From the NCBI GenBank assembly GCA_020353515.1, contig CP070695.1, positions 4,426,823-4,490,822 of the forward strand: 64,000 bases of DNA, written 5' to 3'. Shown one piece after another: positions 10,170 through 19,487 of this stretch. A program made the position numbers and the translations under genes. Origin of the DNA: Candidatus Heimdallarchaeota archaeon. Lineage in GTDB: Archaea; Asgardarchaeota; Heimdallarchaeia; Hodarchaeales; Hodarchaeaceae. Positions within the stretch are counted from its first letter, which is position 1. The number at the start of each line of letters is the position of its first letter. The notes under the pieces were generated by a model. The model saw only the letters and a list, made by a program, of their open reading frames with translations. It was not told where the DNA came from and did no database searches.

Positions 10170-11336
10170 TCAATCTAATGCTTTGAAAGCAGCCAAAATA
10201 TTTTCTGGGGGGACATCGGCCAGAATATTATGAGCCATGGCAAAAATATATCCAGTGTGATCACTAGCTAGGGTATCAAGAATTCTATTGACTTCCTGCT
10301 CTACCTGTAATGGGGATCCTCGTGGTAAAACTTCCTGGATATCAACTCCTCCATGAAAGCAGATTTTTGACCCATATTTCTGCTTTAGACTTGCATGATC
10401 CATTCTTGGCGTAGGTTGGACAGGATTAAGAATATCAAAACCCACTTCAATCAAATCAGGGATAATCTCTACTATAGAACCACAGGAATGTAACTGGATC
10501 TTTATATGAGGAAAATCCTTTTTTATTGAGCGGATTAATGTTTTAACCTTAGGTTTCACTAGGTCTCGCCACATTTGGGGATGTATTAGAAGACGTTCCT
10601 GGGTTCCATAGTCATCACCATACATAGCTATCGATACATACTCTCCTACCTCGCTTAACCATTTTTGCCAAATTAGTTGTTGATGGTCCAAATTCTTATC
10701 AAGGAGCTCTTCTACAATGTCCCTATTTCCATATAGATCAGAAAGAAAGGTATGAAATCCTCGGAGTCCTATTACTTGCTCTAATATTCCTCCAGACATA
10801 GGATCGGCTACTACTGCGTAACCTTGTTCCCAGTACTTTTTTGCTGTTTTTTCACACCCCAAAAACCATTCTTCAGTAGGAGAGGGGAGTTTATAATCCT
10901 TAACTTCTTCCAGGGATGCTTCTGTTAAAGGATATGAGGTCATCTCATAATATAAGATTTTCTGTTTTGAAGTCCCAATCGGTTCATATTTTATACCATA
11001 CATGTTATAGAATGAGCTTAACTTGCCATTTTCCCTAATCTCTTCTTTGTTAGGAGGATTTGCTTTAACGTGACGAGTATCAATCTGTAATTTCGTCAAG
11101 ACTTTTTCATCGATGACAGCTAATTGCTGGATTAAGTCAGAAAATTCTATGTCTTTAATCAGTATGTTCCAATATCTCAATAGCTTCTCATAAGCTATTC
11201 TGGAGATCCCGCTAACAGGCCCACCCAAGTCTCTGGGTATTCGATCTATTTCACGAAACTGAATGGCATTTTCTATTCGTTCTCTCGGAATCAATTGATT
11301 GACACCAACGACTAATTCTTTCGGAACGATATGCAA
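10170..11336 (-). CDS. Uroporphyrinogen decarboxylase (URO-D/MtaA-CmuA) superfamily protein
   Basis: GDDYGTQ, LHSCGS, GFDILNPVQ, FHGGVDIQ, HNILADVPPENI. Confidence 0.88.
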   Translation of the reverse strand: MHIVPKELVVGVNQLIPRERIENAIQFREIDRIPRDLGGPVSGISRIAYEKLLRYWNILIKDIEFSDLIQQLAVIDEKVLTKLQIDTRHVKANPPNKEEIRENGKLSSFYNMYGIKYEPIGTSKQKILYYEMTSYPLTEASLEEVKDYKLPSPTEEWFLGCEKTAKKYWEQGYAVVADPMSGGILEQVIGLRGFHTFLSDLYGNRDIVEELLDKNLDHQQLIWQKWLSEVGEYVSIAMYGDDYGTQERLLIHPQMWRDLVKPKVKTLIRSIKKDFPHIKIQLHSCGSIVEIIPDLIEVGFDILNPVQPTPRMDHASLKQKYGSKICFHGGVDIQEVLPRGSPLQVEQEVNRILDTLASDHTGYIFAMAHNILADVPPENILAAFKALD

Positions 11337-12002
11337 AATCGATTTTCATTTTATTCTTTGGTTAATTATCCTTGGGATATTCTTTTTCTGTTCCTTTGGA
11401 CGATACACCACTCAGGATAGCTCATGAACATATAACGAAAGATCAGACCTCAGGAAAATCCTCAAAGATCACTCCCCTATACACAATTTTCAAATCTCTA
11501 GAAGTAAGAGTGGAGGAACGTTAGGTTAGTGACCTTCAGTTCCTCTACTTATATTGGAAAAGTGTTTCACTTTGTTGGAATCAAAGGCCAATGCTTTAAT
11601 TTAGTATAAAAAACTGAAATACATTTCTCACTTTATGAGAATAGTAGTGTAACTAGACTTGTATTTAGACAATTATTACTTTCAGTATTAGCATCTTATA
11701 AGTCTATTAACAAATAAAATACATTAAACTTCATTGTGCATTAATTCTTGACCTATTCAGAAACATCATTTGCAAGAAAGGTTTTAATCTTTCAGTATAC
11801 CGATTCATTATTTTTTACAACGTCATTTACACTCGGTAACTGGTGAAGAGCGGGGAGGAACATATGGCTGAAAAAGCCTTGGTTCCTCCCCAACTTCAAT
11901 GGGAATAGGCGGTATATAGGAAGATCTTATCTTCATCCTCGAAATCCTCAAAAGAATATAAAAAAAGAGAATACATTTCCCAACCACTGAGAATGACAGA
12001 TA

Positions 12003-12368
12003 ATGCGGATAACCAATCCAGCTCTGATTCAAGTATTAATCAAAGCATTAGCGGATAGTAATAGCTCTAACATCCTAGCTTTAACCGCTTCTCGCCCCTT
12101 ATCTGTTATGGATATTGTAGAAAGAACAAATATTCCGATCTCTTCCGCCTATCGTAGAATTAGCCAATTAGAAGAGCAAGGATTAATAGGTGTTGATCGT
12201 ACCATAGTCACACCAGAGGGAAAGTCATATAATAAATATAAAGCTTCCTTTTCTCAAGTAACTGTTAAATTTCAGGATGGAGAGTTTCTAGTTGAAGTTA
12301 TCCCAAATAAGAAGATTGTTGACAGAGCTGCACGATTATTCTTTTCATTTGATAGGAGGAAAGACTAA
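12003..12368 (+). CDS. Winged helix-turn-helix (ArsR-like) regulator
   Basis: ALAD...IL...PLSVMDI...IPISSAYRRISQLEEQGLI. Confidence 0.85.
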   Translation: MRITNPALIQVLIKALADSNSSNILALTASRPLSVMDIVERTNIPISSAYRRISQLEEQGLIGVDRTIVTPEGKSYNKYKASFSQVTVKFQDGEFLVEVIPNKKIVDRAARLFFSFDRRKD

Positions 12369-12637
12369 TGGATACAATTTTGATTAGCGTTATATCGTCA
12401 ATTGTAGCTATATTTGCAGCTAGTCCTGCTTTATACTTCACTGTCAAATTGCGTCTTCAGGACAAAACTTTGTCGGTACTCTCTGCCTTACTATTTTTTG
12501 TTTTCTTTACTCACTCCCTGAAGCACTTGTCGATAGCTCTAAATCATGCTCTCATGGCTTCTATTATGGATACAGTTACTGCCATATTTCTATTTTTCTA
12601 TGCATTATATTATTGGAAAATATATAGGAGTCAATAA
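12368..12637 (+). CDS. Small 3-TM membrane protein
   Basis: Three hydrophobic segments; start overlaps the upstream stop (TAATG). Confidence 0.7.
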   Translation: MDTILISVISSIVAIFAASPALYFTVKLRLQDKTLSVLSALLFFVFFTHSLKHLSIALNHALMASIMDTVTAIFLFFYALYYWKIYRSQ

Positions 12638-12639
12638 AA

Positions 12640-12984
12640 ATGAATAAAGAACCCATTATTATTATACTTGAAACGACTGGATTATTGGCTTTAGTGGCAG
12701 CTCTTATTATTTTTATTATTATTATCTACCTTGAAATCAAACGAAATAACTTATCTCTTTCAAGTCATAGTTTCTTTATAATATTATTATTAATATGCTG
12801 GTTAGTAGTTGAACTTCTCTCACCATGGCTTTTTGGTTCAAACTCTCTCTTAGAACATTTGACACACTCTTTCTTACTTATAATTCTAGCAGTATGGATT
12901 AATCTTCGATTTTATTGGGCTCATAAGAAAGCGAGAGAGATTTCTGATTTAGAGTGGAAAATCCAGATTGAAAGTTATAAATAG
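12640..12984 (+). CDS. Small 3-TM membrane protein
   Basis: Three hydrophobic segments; 2 bp after the previous gene. Confidence 0.7.
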   Translation: MNKEPIIIILETTGLLALVAALIIFIIIIYLEIKRNNLSLSSHSFFIILLLICWLVVELLSPWLFGSNSLLEHLTHSFLLIILAVWINLRFYWAHKKAREISDLEWKIQIESYK

Positions 12985-12998
12985 CGATTTCTCAATAG

Positions 12999-13193
12999 TG
13001 TTCAGAAGATATTTCTGATGATACATTTACTATTACCAATTCGATTAGTACTTTTACTATAACTACGAGTATAGCTACCTCTTTTTCCCCCATTGTTGAA
13101 GTTACTTCATTTTATTACCCAGTGAATTCTTTATTATTCTCTTTCTGGATTTTCCTGATTCTGAGAAGAAATAAAATCAGAAAAGCATTTTGA
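12999..13193 (+). pseudogene. Remnant C-terminus of a surface-anchored protein
   Basis: Start-less frame CSEDISDDTFTITNSISTFTITTS...LLFSFWIFLILRRNKIRKAF*; resembles EEDQSDGIFTIHN plus S/T linker, TM and basic tail of the 4687-8238 protein. Confidence 0.7.
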
Positions 13194-13263
13194 CCTTATA
13201 AAATTCTTGGATTCAGTTTAATTTATAACAAGAAAAAGAAACATTGTGTGCAGGGTATGAAGA

Positions 13264-16200
13264 TTGTTTGCTCGAATAAATTCTGTTACTAGATATAATC
13301 ATAATTTAACGAGACTTCATGCCATTATAACACAAATACAGTCAAAAATCATTGCTATCACGTTTATAGTTCTATTTGGTCTATCTGTATTCTCTCTTTT
13401 TCATATCAATGTCGTTTTGGGCGAAAAAGACTCAACATATCATTCTGTATCCTCACTAGAAAGTAAAAAATCATTCATTTTTGACACAATATCAATAAAT
13501 CAGGAAAATAATGTAGAGAGAAATCAAAATCTCATTGACATTAAAAAAATGAGAAAAGACCAATTAAAACTATTAGATAAGAATACCAATCAAATTGCCG
13601 ATAATTTAGAAAAAAGGATTCAAGAAAGTTCTCAAGAAAAACGAATGTCTATAATAGTTACAACAAAGACAAACGAGTTTCAAGGCGATGTGTTATTATT
13701 CGAGGCATACGGAGGGGTAATCCGTCATATCTGGGACAATCCTGATGACATTATTTATGGTTTTAGTGGAGAAATTCATGCTTCAAAAGTAAAAGAGTTT
13801 TCAGAGCAAGTCAAATCAAATATTGAACTAATAGAAGAAAACATACCTACTATGAGAAATTCCGATGTAGCAACCCATCTTGCAATGATACGAACTCATG
13901 TTTGGGATAATCTGAATTATACAGGAGATCCTAATGTGGCTATTGCCGTCCTTGATACAGGGATTGATGATACCCATCTCGCCTTTTCACCTGGATATCA
14001 AGATCAAAATTGGAGTAAAAAGATCGTGGGTTGGTATGATGCCACTGCTGATGGTTCAACGACACCAGAAGATTTTGGTGGACATGGTTCTCATGTCGCA
14101 GGAATAGTTGCTGCAAATGAATATAATAACAGTTATGATGACGAGAGAATTGTGTCTACATGGAGTTATAGTTATGATCCAGGACAAAGTGCTGCGGGTG
14201 CCTTTGTTTACATAATTTGGGTAAATAGAACAGGCACAATAGACATCAGTTATGTGTGGCAAGGTGAATCATCAGCAGAAGGAACAAATCTAAAACTGTA
14301 TGCTCCTAATGGCACTCTGATGGCTAGTAATACCTCTGGCAACTCGAATATGACTGTTAGTCGAAGTATTTCATCAGAGGAAGATTTCGGTTATTGGGAA
14401 GTGGCGCTTGGAGTTAGTTGGGGAGTTAGTGGAGGACAACTAGATATTGCAGGTGTTAATAAATATCCTTATCCTGAACCCACGGCCAATTATAGTCGGT
14501 TTTCAGGTGTTGCACCAGAAGCAAAACTTGTTGGAGTGAAGATATTCAATAAAACTGGCTCAGGTACATCGGTTGAAGTAATCAACGCTTTTAATTGGAT
14601 CAAAAATAACAAAGCGACGTATCACATCGCTGTTGCATCTGGATCTTTCAGTTCTTCAGGAACTGTCGTGTCTGTTGATTCTGCAGCGGCTGCATTGGTG
14701 AATTCAGGAGTTACAGTTGTCCTATCAGCAGGGAATGATGGTCAAGGTACAAATTCAATTTTCAGTCCTGGACAAGTTGATGGAGTAATCACTGTCGGGG
14801 CAACAGACGATTTTGATAGAATCACCTCATACTCATCAGAGGGCCCAGGAAAGACGTCGAATACGACAAAACCTGACATAGTTGCTCCTGGAGGAGAAAG
14901 GACTCAAGGAGCTATCCTTCAAGTTGATAGTAATGACGCAGACTCAAAAAATTCTAGTTGGAGCGATAAAATTGCTAATGATTTCACTAATATTCAAGGA
15001 ACCTCAATGTCTTGCCCGTTTGTTTCTGGATCAATAGCCTTACTAATTCAAGCTCTAGGTGGATACAATTATTGGGAAAATGGTTATGGATCTGCAACTA
15101 ATCCGTTCAAAGTTAAGCAACTGATCCTTATGACTGCCAACGAAATATATTTAGACAATAGAGGGGGAAAAGATGTTGTGGAGGGTTATGGAAGACTAAA
15201 TATTTATGCTGCTATTGAGGCAATCGAAAATTCTTATGAAATAGGAACAAAAACTAGTGGAGTCTTGTCATTTGAGCTAGGTAAAAGGAAAGTATGGGCA
15301 CAAAATGTAACTTTAACAACAGGAACGAATTACACTTTTGTGTTAACTGTTCCTGATGGTGCAGATTTTGATCTATTCTTGTATGAAGCAGACCCAAATC
15401 AATTTGGCGAACCAGTAGTAGCTACAAGATCAACAAACTTCGAAATTGGAGCAGATGAATACATTACATACACTCCAGAAGTAAGTGGAGTATATTACCT
15501 AGTTGTAAAGTCATCGTTTGCTAATCAGGGTTCAGGTACCTTCAACTTAACCTCTACGTCAGGGAGTGATTATCCAGTTGTGTCTATTGTTTCTCCAAGT
15601 GAAAATGAGGAACTTTCAGGGGAATATACAGTTCAGATTAGTGCATTAGATTCGGATCTGAAAGCTGTCTATTTAAAGGTCGCAGATGACACTTGGATAA
15701 ATACTACTTATACAGGAACATATTACGAGTATGATTATAATACTACAGCTTTACCTGATGGCAATTTCTCTTTTGTAGCAAAAGCAGTTGATTCTCAAGG
15801 ACACATAACATTTTTATCAGTAAGAAATAGTTATACTGATAATTTTAATCAGCCAATATTATTAGTTGATGATGATACAGGACAAGATTACGAGAAATAT
15901 TATACAAGAACATTACACAGATTTTCATTGCAAGGGGGTATTGGTTATGACTATCACAGTGTTCAGGCTTTAGGGAGTCCATCAGATAATTTGTTGAAAC
16001 AATATCAACTTGTAATCTGGTTTACATCAACAGATTCCAGTACTACGCTAACAGCAACTGATCAAAATAATATTATATCTTATCTCGATTCGGGGGGCTA
16101 TTTATGGATATCTGGCCAAGATATTGGTCAAGATATTGCCCCATCGTCATTCTATTCAAATTATCTTCATGCAAATTATGATGGAGATACTGTGGTTGAT

Positions 16201-18009
16201 AATATATATGTTTCAGGAGTAGTTGGTGACCTATTCGATAAAAAAAGATATTATGTAGGAGGTGGAGCAGGTAGTGGGCATCATGAGTCCCCGAGTGATA
16301 TTACTGCGAATACAGGGGCCTCAACAATTCTAAATTATGAGAATGATTCTGATTATGGCGCAGCAATCAAATATAGCGGAACACATAAGGTGATGTATTT
16401 TGCATTTAATTGGGAAGCAATAGATGACGAAATTGATAGAATGGATTGCTTAAATCTGTCATTAAACTGGTTTAATCTTGATAAAAGGCCGACAAGTGTT
16501 TCAATAACCAACCCAAAAAATGGAACGTTGTCTAACCAAAATCCAACTTTTTTATGGAGTGGAACTGATGATTATGGAATAGAAAAATACACAATATTTC
16601 GAGATGGGATCTACCTGAAAACAACAACTGAAACTACTTTAACATTGAATGATCAACCAGAAGGATGGCATAGTTATAGAATTGTTGGATCTGATGGAAA
16701 AAATCAAAGTCAAGCTGACATGATATTTCTCTTTGTGGACACAACACCACCAATAGTAGGAAGTATCATTTCTCCCATGAATAAAACCTATTCAACACCT
16801 TTCATTCCAATTTATGTTACAAACCAGAGTGCAGTTCATGCTGCATGGTATCGGTATAAAAATGGGTCTTGGTCAGGAAACTATTCCCTGATTTATGATA
16901 CTGATGATGATAGGTGGGAAGCAGAAGTTCTTCGATGGAGTGATGGTAAGTATTTAGTACAAATCTTCTTCAATGATAGTGTAGGAAATGAAGCAACTAT
17001 AGAGGAATGGTTCAGCGTAAATACGACCTCTCCCGATGTTACCATTATCAGTCCTAGTAATATCACTTATACCTCCTCAAATGTAGATGTTTTTGCCAGT
17101 AATACCTCAAGAGTTCATACTGCGTGGTTTCGGTATAGGAATGGTTCTTGGTCAGGAAACTATTCCCTGATTTATGATTCAGATGAGGAGAGGTGGAGAA
17201 CAGAAGGGCTCACATGGAGTGATGGATATTACCAAGTACAGGTTTTCTTTAATAATAGTGCTGGATATGAGGCGTTTGATCAAGAATGGTTTACTGTAGA
17301 CACCAGTGCTCCTATCGTGATCATTAACACACCTCTGAACTCATCCTATGACCGAAATAGTGTCTGGCTAAGTTATTCTGTTTCCGATGGTGATGTTACT
17401 ATCTATATTGATGGTTTAGCCCTAAGTTCAGAATTCCCTGACGGTTTGACCCTATCTGATCTATTGGATGGGGCTCATAATATTACAATCGTTGCCATAG
17501 ATGAAGCTGGAAACAGAGGAAGGGACACAGTAATTTTTACTGTGGATACTCTTACACCCACGATAAATATTATTAATCCGACTAATACTCAGTATGTGCA
17601 AAATAACATCCAATTGATCTATACTGTTTCTGAGGGCGTGGTTACAATTTATATTGATGGGATAGCCAATACAACGGCAGTCCCTAGTGAATCGTACATT
17701 TCAGATCTCTCTGAAGGGAGTCATAATATTACTATTGTGGCAATAGATTCAGCAGGTAATATTAGAAAAGTCACTGTCATATTCACGGTGGGTACTATTC
17801 CTACTACCACTGTACCTGAAATTCCTAGTACAACACACCCAATAGTTACTCCTACCTCTACATTCCAACCAATTACTGATACTACAACAACTACTACTCA
17901 ATCAGAATCCACAAAAAAACGAGGTTCAGGATTCTTATTGATCGAGGTTTTCATGATGATAGCTTTGATAGGCATTTTAGTCAAAAGACTCAGATCCCAA
18001 AGAGAGTGA
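13264..18009 (+). CDS. Surface-anchored S8 subtilisin-like serine protease with PPC-like and multiple Ig-like domains
   Basis: Catalytic triad motifs LDTGID, HGSHVAG, GTSMSCP; oxyanion SAGN; repeated DTxxP Ig-like domains; T-rich linker, GF-TM and basic tail; start uncertain. Confidence 0.93.
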   Translation: MFARINSVTRYNHNLTRLHAIITQIQSKIIAITFIVLFGLSVFSLFHINVVLGEKDSTYHSVSSLESKKSFIFDTISINQENNVERNQNLIDIKKMRKDQLKLLDKNTNQIADNLEKRIQESSQEKRMSIIVTTKTNEFQGDVLLFEAYGGVIRHIWDNPDDIIYGFSGEIHASKVKEFSEQVKSNIELIEENIPTMRNSDVATHLAMIRTHVWDNLNYTGDPNVAIAVLDTGIDDTHLAFSPGYQDQNWSKKIVGWYDATADGSTTPEDFGGHGSHVAGIVAANEYNNSYDDERIVSTWSYSYDPGQSAAGAFVYIIWVNRTGTIDISYVWQGESSAEGTNLKLYAPNGTLMASNTSGNSNMTVSRSISSEEDFGYWEVALGVSWGVSGGQLDIAGVNKYPYPEPTANYSRFSGVAPEAKLVGVKIFNKTGSGTSVEVINAFNWIKNNKATYHIAVASGSFSSSGTVVSVDSAAAALVNSGVTVVLSAGNDGQGTNSIFSPGQVDGVITVGATDDFDRITSYSSEGPGKTSNTTKPDIVAPGGERTQGAILQVDSNDADSKNSSWSDKIANDFTNIQGTSMSCPFVSGSIALLIQALGGYNYWENGYGSATNPFKVKQLILMTANEIYLDNRGGKDVVEGYGRLNIYAAIEAIENSYEIGTKTSGVLSFELGKRKVWAQNVTLTTGTNYTFVLTVPDGADFDLFLYEADPNQFGEPVVATRSTNFEIGADEYITYTPEVSGVYYLVVKSSFANQGSGTFNLTSTSGSDYPVVSIVSPSENEELSGEYTVQISALDSDLKAVYLKVADDTWINTTYTGTYYEYDYNTTALPDGNFSFVAKAVDSQGHITFLSVRNSYTDNFNQPILLVDDDTGQDYEKYYTRTLHRFSLQGGIGYDYHSVQALGSPSDNLLKQYQLVIWFTSTDSSTTLTATDQNNIISYLDSGGYLWISGQDIGQDIAPSSFYSNYLHANYDGDTVVDNIYVSGVVGDLFDKKRYYVGGGAGSGHHESPSDITANTGASTILNYENDSDYGAAIKYSGTHKVMYFAFNWEAIDDEIDRMDCLNLSLNWFNLDKRPTSVSITNPKNGTLSNQNPTFLWSGTDDYGIEKYTIFRDGIYLKTTTETTLTLNDQPEGWHSYRIVGSDGKNQSQADMIFLFVDTTPPIVGSIISPMNKTYSTPFIPIYVTNQSAVHAAWYRYKNGSWSGNYSLIYDTDDDRWEAEVLRWSDGKYLVQIFFNDSVGNEATIEEWFSVNTTSPDVTIISPSNITYTSSNVDVFASNTSRVHTAWFRYRNGSWSGNYSLIYDSDEERWRTEGLTWSDGYYQVQVFFNNSAGYEAFDQEWFTVDTSAPIVIINTPLNSSYDRNSVWLSYSVSDGDVTIYIDGLALSSEFPDGLTLSDLLDGAHNITIVAIDEAGNRGRDTVIFTVDTLTPTINIINPTNTQYVQNNIQLIYTVSEGVVTIYIDGIANTTAVPSESYISDLSEGSHNITIVAIDSAGNIRKVTVIFTVGTIPTTTVPEIPSTTHPIVTPTSTFQPITDTTTTTTQSESTKKRGSGFLLIEVFMMIALIGILVKRLRSQRE
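16866..17178 (+). repeat. Intragenic domain duplication (279-bp period) in the S8 protease
   Basis: TCTTGGTCAGGAAACTATTCCCTGATTTATGAT is identical at about 16867 and 17146; protein repeat WxRYxNGSWSGNYSLIYD. Confidence 0.85.
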
Positions 18010-18237
18010 GTTTATAGAATTTTATAGATGAAAAAATAGGAATCATCTAGATAAGATATATATTTCCCAAGCCTATCGATAGTAAAGAATTAGATTTATG
18101 AAATTCTATATCCCTTTTTTTACCTTCTCCCTTTTTTTATTCCTTATGGAAGTGTGAAAACGTTCAACTTAGGATAAATCCTCATTCCGTTACAGGGCGC
18201 TTAATAAGAGAGGAATTTCCTAATAAAATTAGAGAGA

Positions 18238-19113
18238 ATGTTCATAGACTTACTGTTGATTATATTATCTCCATTCGTTTTTCTCTATTCTTTGATAATT
18301 TTTCAGCAACAACAGCACAGAAAAATAATTGAGTGCTGTATCTGTAGACGAAAAATTGCCCCTTTGGAAGAGAGGGTCATTTGCCCATATTGTCAAACTA
18401 TTTATCATCGCACACACCTATCTCTATGGTTGAGAATAAGAAAGAAATGTCCTATATGTAAAAATCATATTGAAGATTGTAAATCTTTGTTGTCTATTGT
18501 TTTGAAAGTACAAAATCCCTCAAGTAACATTCCTAACTCTCAACCAATTGATAACTCATGTCAAATTCAAAAAAAGGAGATTCGGATTTCGTCGTTCTTC
18601 AGGGAGTCACTAGTCTTTGAATGTCCATATTGCAAAAATATCTTAAATTCTGACAAAGAAGCCTTAAACCAATGCCAAATCTGTGGTTTGCGCATATTGT
18701 GGATAAATGATATTGAATCCAGAATTAAAATTCAAAATGATTTAAATTATTATAAAAACATCAAAAGAAAGATTTATAGTGAAAATAGTGAACGAAATTT
18801 TAGTAAAATAAACTATCGATATATAGAACGTCAGAAAATGAAAAAACGAGAGTCTTTCCGACAAGAATTACAGAAACAATCCCGATTAGAATCTCAAAAT
18901 CAGATATTATTACTCAATCTTGACTATTTGAGGAGAAAAAATCATCAATTAAATAATCAATCTAGTAATCCCTTAAAGCCCATAGAATTACTGGATGAAA
19001 AAAAGCATAAAAGAAAAATGAATTATTTAAGACTAGAAAGTGTCATATTACTTCTAATGCTTATTTTGACTATATTCTTATCATTAATCTCTACAATGGT
19101 TATTATTAGATAA
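18238..19113 (+). CDS. Membrane-anchored RING-finger protein with zinc ribbon and coiled coil
   Basis: C-x2-C-x12-C-x2-C-x4-H-x2-H-x3-W-x6-CP-x-C; second CPYC...CQIC ribbon; N- and C-terminal hydrophobic helices. Confidence 0.8.
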   Translation: MFIDLLLIILSPFVFLYSLIIFQQQQHRKIIECCICRRKIAPLEERVICPYCQTIYHRTHLSLWLRIRKKCPICKNHIEDCKSLLSIVLKVQNPSSNIPNSQPIDNSCQIQKKEIRISSFFRESLVFECPYCKNILNSDKEALNQCQICGLRILWINDIESRIKIQNDLNYYKNIKRKIYSENSERNFSKINYRYIERQKMKKRESFRQELQKQSRLESQNQILLLNLDYLRRKNHQLNNQSSNPLKPIELLDEKKHKRKMNYLRLESVILLLMLILTIFLSLISTMVIIR

Positions 19114-19150
19114 CTAATATAATTAATCTAGTAATCTGGAATAAAGGATG

Positions 19151-19417
19151 TTAGAATCCTTTCCCAAAAAATTCTGTAAGATTAAAATAGACGTTGATAA
19201 CAGCCTTGTCAGAAAGTTGAATGATTAATCGGTCATAAACGTTCTGATTCTCATTCAATAGTTCCTGCTTAAGTAATTGCCATTCCACCCCTCTCTTGCC
19301 GAATTTGTTCTCAAGATAAAGGTACTCCGCATTGATTCCCTCAAAATGATCATGGACATCAGATATTATTATAGCATTTTCAATCGTTGATCCGTCATGA
19401 GCAGAGTACGATACCAT
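19151..19417 (-). CDS. Conserved hypothetical protein
   Basis: DGSTIENAIII...GINAEYLYL...W...Q-x-L...YD-x-L...YFNLTEFFGK pattern looks like a small conserved family; function unknown. Confidence 0.75.
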   Translation of the reverse strand: MVSYSAHDGSTIENAIIISDVHDHFEGINAEYLYLENKFGKRGVEWQLLKQELLNENQNVYDRLIIQLSDKAVINVYFNLTEFFGKGF

Positions 19418-19487
19418 TCCAATTTTTCTCCAATTCAGGTGTTGGTAAGCTAAAACAAAATCTGGTAATTTATAAAATACATGTCAT

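Noticed and set aside
11509-11549. Hairpin as a SECIS element
   Set aside because: No GA/AG quartet or apical AA motif in the expected positions, and no adjacent in-frame TGA gene
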